From Promethearchaeota archaeon (GTDB lineage: Archaea; Asgardarchaeota; Lokiarchaeia; Sigyniarchaeales; SOKP01), in the NCBI GenBank assembly GCA_030599585.1, contig JAUVNS010000003.1, positions 306,491-370,490 of the forward strand: a stretch of 64,000 nt of DNA, given 5' to 3'. A program made the translations under genes and the position numbers. Below the pieces are notes generated by a model. The model made no database searches. It was given only the letters and a program-made list of their open reading frames with translations, and had not been told where the DNA came from. Positions 30,044-39,389 of the stretch are shown here, in pieces (positions within the stretch are counted from its first letter, which is position 1; each line of letters opens with the position of its first letter).

Positions 30044-31429
30044 TTAAAATTCTATACTTTTTCCTTCTAAATCTTCTGGAATATTGATTCCAAATATATT
30101 CAATATCGTAGGTGCTATATCTAAAATATTTTTTGTTTCTAATTTTTTCCCTTTTTCTTTTAATGGGTCATAGATGATAAAAATCCCGTTATAATCGTGA
30201 ACTGCATCGTCAGGTCCAGTGTCATTTTCGTCTAAATACATACTTTTATAACCTATTGTTCCAGCTGATCTCCAATTCAAATCGTCAAAATAAACTAATA
30301 GGTCAGGAGCGTCGCCTCGTACATTCTCGTATAAATCCTCAGGTTTAAAAATTTTCGTTTTCATAGGGTTTCCCAAATTATCGGGAATTGTTTTTAACTT
30401 TTCTGTTAAAATTCTTCGATAGTTCTCGTATTCGGAGGGCTCTATGATTCCAAATTTCTCTCTACCCTTAACATTCAAAAAAATTCGGGCGTAATAACCC
30501 CCCCAACCCCACGCATAGGTTTTATTCCAATCAATTAGTTCGTCTTTCAACCTCGTTCCTGGAAGCGGGCGCTCTTTAAATGTTAATAATCCAAGCTTTT
30601 CTAACGCCATATTTACACAAATACACCCTTTCATGGCTTTAGCACCATGATCTGAAACAACAAAAACTATAGTATCTTGATCAAGTAAATTTAAGACCTC
30701 TCCAATTTCTTTATCTAAGAATTTATAGAAATTTTTCATTGCTGTTTCAAATGTATTACCTGGTTCAAATTTGTGATGCGATTTATCGTAATATTTCCAA
30801 AACGCGTGGTGGAATCTATCCAATCCAATTATAACAAATTGGCAAAAATCCCATTCCTTATTCTTTATTAGGTATTTGAGGGCTTTAAAATGCATTTTTG
30901 TCATTTTATAAAGGGATATTAACAATTCTGCCTTGTGTGATGTCCGAAATAACACGTCAAAAGTATAGTGCTCTACAACTTTGCTTATCTCTTCCTTTAA
31001 CTCCGGAGGATAAGTAAAGTTCGATAAAGAATCAGGAGTAATAAAGCCAGAAATTAAGCTCCCATTAATTGGTTGAGGTGGGAATGTGGGTGGTACGCCT
31101 AGTATTATTGATTTGTATCCTCTCTTTCCTATAATGTCCCAAATTTTAGGTTCTTTTATGTTTTGTGAGTTAGCGATCCAGAAATCAGTATACGAATTTT
31201 CTTTTCGATGTCGAAACCCATATATTCCTAGAGTCCCTGCTTTTTTGCCTGTTGCCATTACCATCCAAGCTGGAACGGTAATTGGGGGATCTGAACTTCT
31301 AAGCTTTCCATATACCCCTTTATTCATTAATTTTCTTATGTTTGGGCATTCGTCTTTAAAATCTTCGAATAATGTTTTAGGAGTAGCACAATCTAAACCA
31401 ATAACTATCACTTTTTTTTTGCTACTCAA
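30044..31429 (-). CDS. Alkaline-phosphatase-superfamily enzyme (nucleotide pyrophosphatase/phosphodiesterase type)
   Basis: IGLDCA, PPITVPAW (Thr nucleophile), DRFHH, VSDHG, HDYNG, DIAPTIL. Confidence 0.88.
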   Translation of the reverse strand: MSSKKKVIVIGLDCATPKTLFEDFKDECPNIRKLMNKGVYGKLRSSDPPITVPAWMVMATGKKAGTLGIYGFRHRKENSYTDFWIANSQNIKEPKIWDIIGKRGYKSIILGVPPTFPPQPINGSLISGFITPDSLSNFTYPPELKEEISKVVEHYTFDVLFRTSHKAELLISLYKMTKMHFKALKYLIKNKEWDFCQFVIIGLDRFHHAFWKYYDKSHHKFEPGNTFETAMKNFYKFLDKEIGEVLNLLDQDTIVFVVSDHGAKAMKGCICVNMALEKLGLLTFKERPLPGTRLKDELIDWNKTYAWGWGGYYARIFLNVKGREKFGIIEPSEYENYRRILTEKLKTIPDNLGNPMKTKIFKPEDLYENVRGDAPDLLVYFDDLNWRSAGTIGYKSMYLDENDTGPDDAVHDYNGIFIIYDPLKEKGKKLETKNILDIAPTILNIFGINIPEDLEGKSIEF

Positions 31430-31440
31430 GACAAATTCTC

Positions 31441-32595
31441 CTAATTGGCTCCGACAAACGGATTACTATATTTTAGTATAACTTCAGCTACTTCAGGTCT
31501 CATAACATCTGCCGTTGGTGGATTTCCAGCAAGAAGAGCTTCTCGAATTTTTGTTCCTTTAAAAAAGTCGTGGAGTTCAGGAGGGTGAGGACAGATTTTA
31601 TCGTTTACAATTGAATTACACTTCTTACAACGCGAAAAAGATCGAAAGAATAACGGCTCTATCCCTAAATCTGGAAACATATCAAAAATTTTATGGGCGT
31701 CATATGGCCCGTAAAAATCTCCCACTCCAGCGTGGTCTCTTCCTATAATTATATGATCGCAACCAAAATTTTTTCTTGCAATTGCGTGGAAAATAGCTTC
31801 TTTTGGACCAGCATATCGCATTTCTGTTTCAAAAGTGCTTAAAACAACGCGATTTTCAGGATAATAGTTTTTAATCAACGCCTTATAAGCATTAATTATC
31901 ACTTCGTCTAAAAAGTCCCCTGCTTTTTTCCTACCGATCACAGGGTTTATGAAAAGCCCATCAACAAAAGTTAAACCCGCCTTCTGGACATATTCGTGTC
32001 CTAAATGAGGAGGATTTCTCGTTTGAAAAGCTACAACGCGATCCCAATTTTTTGCTTTAAACAGAACGCGCGTTTCTATTGGTTTTAAATCTAGTTCAGG
32101 AAAAATTGGATTAATTTTGTTAATGAGGAATATATCTCCCCCTATTAATTTTTCTTTTTGGTCGAAAACTCTTTTAACTCCTGGATGAGTTTTATCTAAT
32201 GTGCCATATACTTTTTCTGCGAAGTTTTTTTTATTATAACTATAAATATCTTTGATGTTGAACAAAGCAATCGGGTTATTAGAAAAGTCGGTTAAAATTA
32301 CGGAATCATCCTCTTTTAGGTTCGATACCTCGCTTTCAGAGACATCAAGCACAATCGGAAATGGCCATGCGATCTCGTTTTCTAAATACATCTGATCCAG
32401 AACATTTAACATATCGTTTTCGGTCATGAACCCTTCTAAAGGGCTAAAAACTCCAAAAGCGATGTTTTTAATAACTTTCAAAGTTTCCGAATCGGTCTTT
32501 ATTTTTTCAAACTCGTCAATTTGGGCTAAAATTTTCTGCTTTTCGCTTTCAGGTAGTTCTTTATTAATCAAACTACCCCCATGTGGTTCTATCAT
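31441..32595 (-). CDS. sat: Sulfate adenylyltransferase (ATP sulfurylase)
   Basis: PHGG, FSPLEGFM, FQTRNPPHLGHE, MRYAGPKEA, GRDHAG, MRPEV. Confidence 0.96.
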   Translation of the reverse strand: MIEPHGGSLINKELPESEKQKILAQIDEFEKIKTDSETLKVIKNIAFGVFSPLEGFMTENDMLNVLDQMYLENEIAWPFPIVLDVSESEVSNLKEDDSVILTDFSNNPIALFNIKDIYSYNKKNFAEKVYGTLDKTHPGVKRVFDQKEKLIGGDIFLINKINPIFPELDLKPIETRVLFKAKNWDRVVAFQTRNPPHLGHEYVQKAGLTFVDGLFINPVIGRKKAGDFLDEVIINAYKALIKNYYPENRVVLSTFETEMRYAGPKEAIFHAIARKNFGCDHIIIGRDHAGVGDFYGPYDAHKIFDMFPDLGIEPLFFRSFSRCKKCNSIVNDKICPHPPELHDFFKGTKIREALLAGNPPTADVMRPEVAEVILKYSNPFVGAN

Positions 32596-32639
32596 GATAA
32601 TTCTATTTTCTTATTTCTTATTTTCTTTGAAATTTTAAT

Positions 32640-32879
32640 TTAATCGATATACCCTAGATCTCTTAATCGCTCTTTTACTCTATCTTCTTCGTCTTTTGTA
32701 AACGCTTGTTTTGTCTTTTCATCTTGCTCAATTGAAGATAAAACTTGCCTTAAGACATAGGTTACATAACTAGATACTGAAGAAAAACCAGTCCCTTTCA
32801 TTCGTTCTTTTACCTTATCTGCTAAAGGTTTGGGAATAGAAACCGTCGTATATTCAACTTTATGTTCATCGTTAGACAT
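32640..32879 (-). CDS. CopG/ribbon-helix-helix regulator with a C-terminal ERLRDLGY tail
   Basis: Beta ribbon YTTVSIP followed by two helices (LADKVKERM, SVSSYVTYVLRQ); first gene of the sat operon. Confidence 0.85.
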   Translation of the reverse strand: MSNDEHKVEYTTVSIPKPLADKVKERMKGTGFSSVSSYVTYVLRQVLSSIEQDEKTKQAFTKDEEDRVKERLRDLGYID

Positions 32880-32913
32880 TTTTATTTCACTAATTCAAAG
32901 TTTAATTTTATCA

Positions 32914-32979
32914 ATAATGTATACAAATGATATATAATTATATTTAATTATACATAATTAAAAAACTATTGTACATAAT
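32914..32979. promoter_or_regulatory. Candidate RHH operator upstream of the sat operon
   Basis: ATT(A/G)TACATAAT at 32947 and 32968 (21-bp spacing), palindrome TGTATACA at 32918-32925, and three tandem TAYWTAATTA 10-mers at 32931-32960. Confidence 0.45.
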
Positions 32980-33074
32980 AATTTTTCGCGATTGTCTTGT
33001 TCAGAGAAGAAATCCTTCGTATGTTGTGCCTAATTTATTTTTCAGTTTGATACATTGACTGTTATAGAAATCTA

Positions 33075-36000
33075 TTAATAATTTGCATAATACACCGTTA
33101 AATTACCAAATTTGTACAATTGGTTCTTGTAGAATAATGGTATTAACTCGCTATAGATATCTATAAACTCTTCAGCCTCTTTCTTATATTCTGTATTCTC
33201 TTTTGAAAGAATTAAGTATCTAATGTCTTTTTTTCTCAAATATTCAAATATTTTTAAATAATTAAACAAACAATATTCAATTTTAAAATCTGGATTCCAA
33301 GTCGCCTTTAAATCGTCTACCAATATTCTGTAATCAAAATGAGGTGATGAGGTTCCCATAGATAAAAATCCAATATCGGATACATTATTTAGGAAGGCGT
33401 AATAACCAAATTCAGTTTGATTTATTACTAATTTCCAATGAAATTGATTTAATCCAGAATAATTACTATCCGTGCATTCAAAATAAAATTTCAATTTATA
33501 CCAAACATTGTTGGTAATCTCTGAAATTTTTTCAAAAGTACTACCGTTAAAATAATAAAACCCTCCATTTTTTATTTGTAAAGAAAAACCAAGAGCAGAT
33601 TGATATGAAGAAAAATTTAACCAAACACTATTACTCTTATTGGATGTTTGTATATAGAACTCAATAGCACCATTATTTTGATAAGAAATAAATTTGAACT
33701 GAACCTCGGCTCTTCCATTAGGATTTTGATCTACAAACTCTAATATATTTTTATGATTAAATATTTCCTCAATCAATTTGATAGAGCAATTGGAAGTTGT
33801 CTTTGATATTACATCTGGACACTCCAAATATTGCATACCACGCTCCATTTCGGAATGGAGTCGATAGGTACCTCGTCGAGTGATATCTCTTATGCGTGCT
33901 ACTAAGATTTTTCGGTCACATAAGAAATTCGAATCTCGGGGGGTATTTTGAGTTACCCAATTAATAACATGAGCTTCTTCGTCGTTTAAAATGCCATCAT
34001 AATTATACAATTTAACACTAGCCATAATTGTGTTAGAAAATGAGAAGACCATTATTATTGATATCAAAATCGCAATTGGAAATGATTTTAAAATTTTATA
34101 CGGAATTTTAAAATTCCGAGAATTATACAAGTTAATAATTTTAATTAATCCAATTGAAGCAAAAATAGAGAGAGGGATAATAGTATAGTGCCATATTCTA
34201 TTAAACCAATATTTCATAATAAAATAATCTTGAGTAGGTAAATTAGCTAGATTTATAAAAGAATACTTAACATAATAGTAGAAAAATAAACTGAAAGCAA
34301 TTCCCATTAGTAATAAAAGCCAACTAAACAATATATAGAACAATTTTCTCCTTTTTTTATAACAGAAATACATCATAAAAATCCCAAAAATGCCTATAAA
34401 ACCTAAATTATAAAAGAAAACATGGAGAACATACGTGAAATTACTTAATCCTCTAATAGTTCTTATTAAATTAAGAAGAATTTCCAAAACTAAAAAGCCT
34501 AAGAAGATTAGAGAACTCAGAAAAAAAAAAAATTTTGCATTACTTTTAGAATTCTTATTTCTTCTTCTAGCTAAGTTGCCAAATTTTAATCTAATTAAGT
34601 AAAATAAAAAGTTGAGAAAAAGAAATCCTAATAAGATTGAATAACATAAACAAGAATTAATAATTAAACTATTTTCATAATTTTTATCTATAAGATACAT
34701 AGGTTCATTTAAGAATTTGAAGAACTGGCCAACAATTTTCCAACTGAATAATTTATTTCCTATGATATCAAAAAATATAAAGAAAATTGTTAGGAATGAA
34801 ATAAAAATAAGATAAGTTTTAAGAAAATGGATGTTTCGCCTATTAACTACTAAAAGGATAAAAATTAATAATAGAGCAGGAATTACCGGAAGATAATATA
34901 TCATTAAACTTTGAATTAAAAAAAAAGCTGCTAATGCGATTAAGAGTAATTTTTCAATTTTTTGCTTTAAATTCTTAATGTGTGTATCATTTCTTTTTTT
35001 AATTAAGATAAGAAAAAGAGCTATAGAAACGGTAAATAATATATTTGCAAAACTTTTATATCGAAATACCAAAAATGCGTCGTAAGTGAACAGAGATGTA
35101 AATTTTTCTTCGATTTGTGGATTAATAAAATAAAATAAGTAAGAGAATGTAACAGCAAAAATAGCCGATAGAATGGCATAAATCTTTTTGAAGTCAATTA
35201 ATAATGATCTCATTAATAAATATAGAGATGTAATTGACAAATATATGAAAGGAAACAACATGACACTCATATTAACTGCAGGAATTCCACCTAATGTGCT
35301 AATACTATATGTTATATAACCCCAATATGGTGAATACCAATAAAAATAATCTCTTAGCGTCGTATCTTGGCGTCCGACAAAATCAGAGAAATCCATTATT
35401 CTATAGAAATCTGTATCATAAAGGTATTTTGCATTCAAATGCATGTTAATTGTAATAATTATTATGCTAATTGCTAAAAACAATATCAGGAGTGAACTTC
35501 TTGATAAAATTACCTTAGCATTATCATGAAATATTATCTTTTTTCGATATATTTGAAGAATTAGGCTCAAGGAGTATGAAATTAGGATGAAGAAAAATAA
35601 CATTATAGAAAAATACATTCTTTGTAATCCAAGTTGATCCAAGATTAAAGTTAGACTTCCAAGCACAGCAAATGATATTACGGGGTAAAAAACTAATTTA
35701 ACTAAAATAGGGTCAACACCAAACCTTTCGTGAATAGTATTATTCGGAAGGAATATTTTAAAAATACATGATCCTAAAACAAAACTACATCCAATTAAAA
35801 ATACAATCGCCCTAAATATATTAAGAAGGGAAATTCGACTCCATTCTATAATCATTTCAGAATTTGGAACTGGAGGGATAAAAAATGTTATAACCATTAA
35901 AATTATTAATATGAAATTTATTAAATCCTCATTTATGACTCTAAAATTTAATGAAATTCCAGTGTCTTCAAATTTTTTCATGTTTATAAAGAAATAGAAT

Positions 36001-36164
36001 ACTCCAATTATAAAAAGGGCAAAACCGATCATTGATAAAATTGGAACTTCATAATTGAATGGAGATAATATCACATTTATGAGAAAAAGAAAGTAGAGAA
36101 CGATAAATGTAATTATAAAGGTAGGTATAAAGAATCTTTTATCGATCGTCAAAACCCTTCTCAA
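33075..36164 (-). CDS. Large multi-pass membrane protein, GT-C-like, with an inserted ConA/LamG-like beta domain
   Basis: Many TM segments, a YDTDFY acidic loop, C-terminal 'INWVTQNTP.DS.F..D ... IRYLIL ... LTVY', interrupted by a beta-rich segment (IEFYIQT...WYKLKFYFEC). Confidence 0.55.
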   Translation of the reverse strand: MRRVLTIDKRFFIPTFIITFIVLYFLFLINVILSPFNYEVPILSMIGFALFIIGVFYFFINMKKFEDTGISLNFRVINEDLINFILIILMVITFFIPPVPNSEMIIEWSRISLLNIFRAIVFLIGCSFVLGSCIFKIFLPNNTIHERFGVDPILVKLVFYPVISFAVLGSLTLILDQLGLQRMYFSIMLFFFILISYSLSLILQIYRKKIIFHDNAKVILSRSSLLILFLAISIIIITINMHLNAKYLYDTDFYRIMDFSDFVGRQDTTLRDYFYWYSPYWGYITYSISTLGGIPAVNMSVMLFPFIYLSITSLYLLMRSLLIDFKKIYAILSAIFAVTFSYLFYFINPQIEEKFTSLFTYDAFLVFRYKSFANILFTVSIALFLILIKKRNDTHIKNLKQKIEKLLLIALAAFFLIQSLMIYYLPVIPALLLIFILLVVNRRNIHFLKTYLIFISFLTIFFIFFDIIGNKLFSWKIVGQFFKFLNEPMYLIDKNYENSLIINSCLCYSILLGFLFLNFLFYLIRLKFGNLARRRNKNSKSNAKFFFFLSSLIFLGFLVLEILLNLIRTIRGLSNFTYVLHVFFYNLGFIGIFGIFMMYFCYKKRRKLFYILFSWLLLLMGIAFSLFFYYYVKYSFINLANLPTQDYFIMKYWFNRIWHYTIIPLSIFASIGLIKIINLYNSRNFKIPYKILKSFPIAILISIIMVFSFSNTIMASVKLYNYDGILNDEEAHVINWVTQNTPRDSNFLCDRKILVARIRDITRRGTYRLHSEMERGMQYLECPDVISKTTSNCSIKLIEEIFNHKNILEFVDQNPNGRAEVQFKFISYQNNGAIEFYIQTSNKSNSVWLNFSSYQSALGFSLQIKNGGFYYFNGSTFEKISEITNNVWYKLKFYFECTDSNYSGLNQFHWKLVINQTEFGYYAFLNNVSDIGFLSMGTSSPHFDYRILVDDLKATWNPDFKIEYCLFNYLKIFEYLRKKDIRYLILSKENTEYKKEAEEFIDIYSELIPLFYKNQLYKFGNLTVYYANY

Positions 36165-36212
36165 ACAACTTCTTTTAATTTTTTTTAAAATTTCTGATAA
36201 GTGCTCTTTTTT

Positions 36213-36752
36213 TTAATGAAACTTTCCTTCTTTTTTGAGTGTTTCATAATGTTCCTTATTTCTGTATTTGAATACCTTTGCTGGATGACCTCCTGCAATC
36301 CCATATTTTGGAATATCACTTACAACTACGCTCCCTGCTTGAATAATTGCGCCCTCTCCTATTGTTATTCCGGGAAGAATAGTTGATCGAGACCCTATCC
36401 AGACATTATCACCGATAATTATATCTTTATAAACATAACCCTTATAAGGGAGCGCTTCTCCTTCATAGTTATGGTTTCGAGTAATAAAGAGAATATCATC
36501 TCCAGAATGGAAATTATCCCCAATTACAACCTTTCCATCGGCTCTTATCACTAGACCGTTGAAACTACAATTTTTCCCTAAGTGCGTCCTTTTATTTAAC
36601 TTAGTATTAGAATATGGTCTTATTCTAGGTTTTGACTTATAAGAAGCGATTATTTTCAAATTTCTTTTTAATACCCATTTAGGATCAATATATTTTAATA
36701 GGGAATCTCTTAATATTTTAAGACTTCTAAATTTTTTTCTCGTCAATTTCAA
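36213..36752 (-). CDS. Hexapeptide-repeat (LbH) sugar O-acetyltransferase
   Basis: NHNY, IIGDNVWIG, ILPGITIGEGAII.AGSVV..DIP, GGHPAKV. Confidence 0.9.
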   Translation of the reverse strand: MKLTRKKFRSLKILRDSLLKYIDPKWVLKRNLKIIASYKSKPRIRPYSNTKLNKRTHLGKNCSFNGLVIRADGKVVIGDNFHSGDDILFITRNHNYEGEALPYKGYVYKDIIIGDNVWIGSRSTILPGITIGEGAIIQAGSVVVSDIPKYGIAGGHPAKVFKYRNKEHYETLKKEGKFH

Positions 36753-36806
36753 TCAATTCCAATACTCTAAATTTTTATTTATTTTATGACTATATTTTTA
36801 AGATTA

Positions 36807-37688
36807 TTAATCCCAATTAAAATCTCTTTCTAAATACTCATACAACTCTTTATTATGGGGTTCAAAAAATTCTTTTAAATTTTGCATCGTTTTCTCATTC
36901 ATCTTTTTACCTTTTGCGTCGGAATGATACTTACGATACTCTATATGGCTCCATTTTGGTAAATTGAGAAAATTAATAACATTTTTTACTACTTCTTTAG
37001 GGTTATCAAATAAGTCCTCACTTCTTATTATTAAAATCTGCTCTTTATTGAAATATTTAAACCAAATCCTTATTTGTTTTAAGTAAATACTCCTAGTTAA
37101 ATAAGCAAAGGCAGGAAAACGTGAGCTCCTATAAAATTCATCTTTCAAAATCTTATTATACTCATCTTTTGTTCTCTCATCTTCTTTTTTTATGGCTTCT
37201 TCAAAAGTAAATTTTTCTCTACCACTTTTTAAAGTATGAAAATATTGTGAAAAAGATCGGTTAACAGGATTTCTTAATAACATAATAATTTTTATGTGAG
37301 GAAGTTGTGAATAAACTCTTTTAGCAACATGAGGGTGGAGTATGTAATAGGGTGATGCTTCGCCAGTAACAAAATCACGATGGCAGAATTTCTCCATAAA
37401 ATACTTATAAATTTTAGTAGGGAAATACGACCTATACCAAACTAAACCTTTTTTAAAATTTGAATCAAAGTATCTAACCTCTTTTCTAAAAGAAGGTATT
37501 ATTGAAGGATGACTTACTAGATAATTGTATAAGGATGTTGTTCCTGCTTTTTGGGCTCCAACTATTAGAAAATCTGGTAAAACCCTTATTGGACCAGTTA
37601 TCAATCGGATTGAATGAACAAAAACTTCGATAGTTCCGTTTATTATATTATGAATTTTTTTTAAAATTTTCATACCTAGCTTTACCAA
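36807..37688 (-). CDS. PAPS-dependent sulfotransferase (heparan-sulfate 3-O/N-sulfotransferase-like family)
   Basis: PDFLIVGAQKAGTTSL 5'-PSB loop, KEVRYFD, GEASPYY, LRNPVNRSFSQY 3'-PB motif, FFEPHN..L..YL. Confidence 0.9.
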   Translation of the reverse strand: MVKLGMKILKKIHNIINGTIEVFVHSIRLITGPIRVLPDFLIVGAQKAGTTSLYNYLVSHPSIIPSFRKEVRYFDSNFKKGLVWYRSYFPTKIYKYFMEKFCHRDFVTGEASPYYILHPHVAKRVYSQLPHIKIIMLLRNPVNRSFSQYFHTLKSGREKFTFEEAIKKEDERTKDEYNKILKDEFYRSSRFPAFAYLTRSIYLKQIRIWFKYFNKEQILIIRSEDLFDNPKEVVKNVINFLNLPKWSHIEYRKYHSDAKGKKMNEKTMQNLKEFFEPHNKELYEYLERDFNWD

Positions 37689-37789
37689 ATTTACTATTTA
37701 GATTAATTAAACTAATCTAAGGTGTAATTTACATATGTTCTCTTTATTAATTTAAAATTAACTTATTCTATTAAAATTTACTCCCAAAC

Positions 37790-37900
37790 TAATCTTGAAA
37801 ATTTAAATGGATCAAGGTTATTAAAGAATTTAATAAACCAAAAATTATCTTTCTTATTATAAATTCATAGTTTAATAAGAAATATCTCTTCTTAAAGCAT
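37790..37900 (+). repeat. Copy 1 of a ~110-bp direct repeat (orphan promoter copy)
   Basis: 37821-37900 aligns ungapped with 44791-44870 at 69/80 identity (manual count). Both copies are preceded by TAATCTTGAAA. Confidence 0.85.
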
Positions 37901-38018
37901 TTAGAGAAAATATTCAATATTTATTACTTAAAGGACCATTCGATTGATTTAATAAAAAATTTTAACTGATAAAAAATTTCTTAGAACTTATAGGGAAGAA
38001 AGAATCTCGTATGTTCAA

Positions 38019-39377
38019 CTATAATTTAATATTCTTCATAACTTTATTAATTAATTTTAATTCTTTGTTCTCATTATAAATTTCCTTTTCCATATCGATG
38101 TGCTCCAATAAAATTCTTTCAAAATTTAACACCAAATCAATGTTTTCTTCATATAAATTCTCAGTTTCCTTAGGATCTTCTCTTAAATTGAATAATTTCT
38201 TAATTTTCTTGTCGAAATCTAAAATTAATTTCCAATTTTCAGTTCTATAAGATATTAGTCTTGAACCTTCTTCGAGTGAAAGTTTCACTTTTCCATTTTT
38301 AGCTAAAGACTCAGTAATAACCCCTTCACATAAATGACCATTAGATTTGTTCTTCAATAAAGGGTAGAAGCTTCTTCCTTTAAATTGAGTTTTTTCATCA
38401 ACTTTTAAATATTCAAGAATAGTTGGGGCTAGATCGATTAGTGATACTAGATTATCCAATTTTACTCCTTCAGGTAATTCTGGACCCTTTATTAATAAGG
38501 GCACATGGATTAATTCTTCGTACAACTTTGCTTGGTGACTGAAACCTCCGTGTTCTCTGAATTCTTCCCCATGGTCAGCTGTTATGATAATTAATGAATT
38601 ATCGTATAGATTCATTTCCTTTAATTTAGAAAAGAGTTTACCTATTTCGTTATCTACATACTTAACTGTTCCACTATAGATACTAATTATTTCTTGTATT
38701 TTTTTTTTCGATATATTTGAGGGATTTTTGCTGAGGATTCCTTCTAATTTAGCTAATTTCCGAAAACTTACAGTTCTATATTCTTCTGGGGGTAAAAAGG
38801 GATGATGTGTGTCCATATAATGGATCCATAAAAAAAACTTGTTTTCTACTTGCTCTAACCAATCAGTTGCTTTCTTATTAATACTGTGAGCTGGTTTATA
38901 AGGAATTTTTATTTTATATTTGGAATTTAAAACACTTAGAATTTTTTTAGCTAAATTTTTCAATATTTTATATCTTTTTATAAAATTCCGTAGAGATCCT
39001 GATTTTTTATAATCAACATTTTCATCTGAAATACTATCATAAAAATAATCAAAAAACTTATCATAATTATAAACTTTACTTAAATAAGGGTTTGAATGAA
39101 ATCCTGCCGTAATATAACCTTTTCTCTTTAAAATTTCAGTTATTGAAATCCTTGACGAAGAAATTTTAGGAAAATTCTCATCCATTAAAGCATATGTAGA
39201 TGTAAAAATCGATGGAAAAGAGAAAGGAGTTGATGGGCCATTGACAATAGCTTGAGATAAAGATATACCCTTTTCTGCAAATTTATCTAAATTTGGAGTT
39301 AGGTTTTCGCTACTACCTAAGCATCCTAAGAAATCAGCTCTTAAACAATCTATTGTTAGTAATATCACATTTGTCAT
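38019..39377 (-). CDS. Sulfatase-like hydrolase/transferase (AlkP superfamily)
   Basis: LTIDCLRAD, GPSTPFSF, WIHYMDTHHPF, TADHGEEF.EHG, LYEELIHVPL, DP.E..NL. Confidence 0.88.
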   Translation of the reverse strand: MTNVILLTIDCLRADFLGCLGSSENLTPNLDKFAEKGISLSQAIVNGPSTPFSFPSIFTSTYALMDENFPKISSSRISITEILKRKGYITAGFHSNPYLSKVYNYDKFFDYFYDSISDENVDYKKSGSLRNFIKRYKILKNLAKKILSVLNSKYKIKIPYKPAHSINKKATDWLEQVENKFFLWIHYMDTHHPFLPPEEYRTVSFRKLAKLEGILSKNPSNISKKKIQEIISIYSGTVKYVDNEIGKLFSKLKEMNLYDNSLIIITADHGEEFREHGGFSHQAKLYEELIHVPLLIKGPELPEGVKLDNLVSLIDLAPTILEYLKVDEKTQFKGRSFYPLLKNKSNGHLCEGVITESLAKNGKVKLSLEEGSRLISYRTENWKLILDFDKKIKKLFNLREDPKETENLYEENIDLVLNFERILLEHIDMEKEIYNENKELKLINKVMKNIKL

Positions 39378-39389
39378 AATACATAAATC

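Noticed and set aside
29478-32595. Dissimilatory or assimilatory sulfate reduction
   Set aside because: No aprAB, dsr, cysH or sir in the window; cysC plus sulfotransferases point to PAPS use for sulfation.
33003-38015. Similar ~23-mers GAAGAAA..TCGTATGTT near 33005 and 37995
   Set aside because: Short gapped match, plausibly chance.
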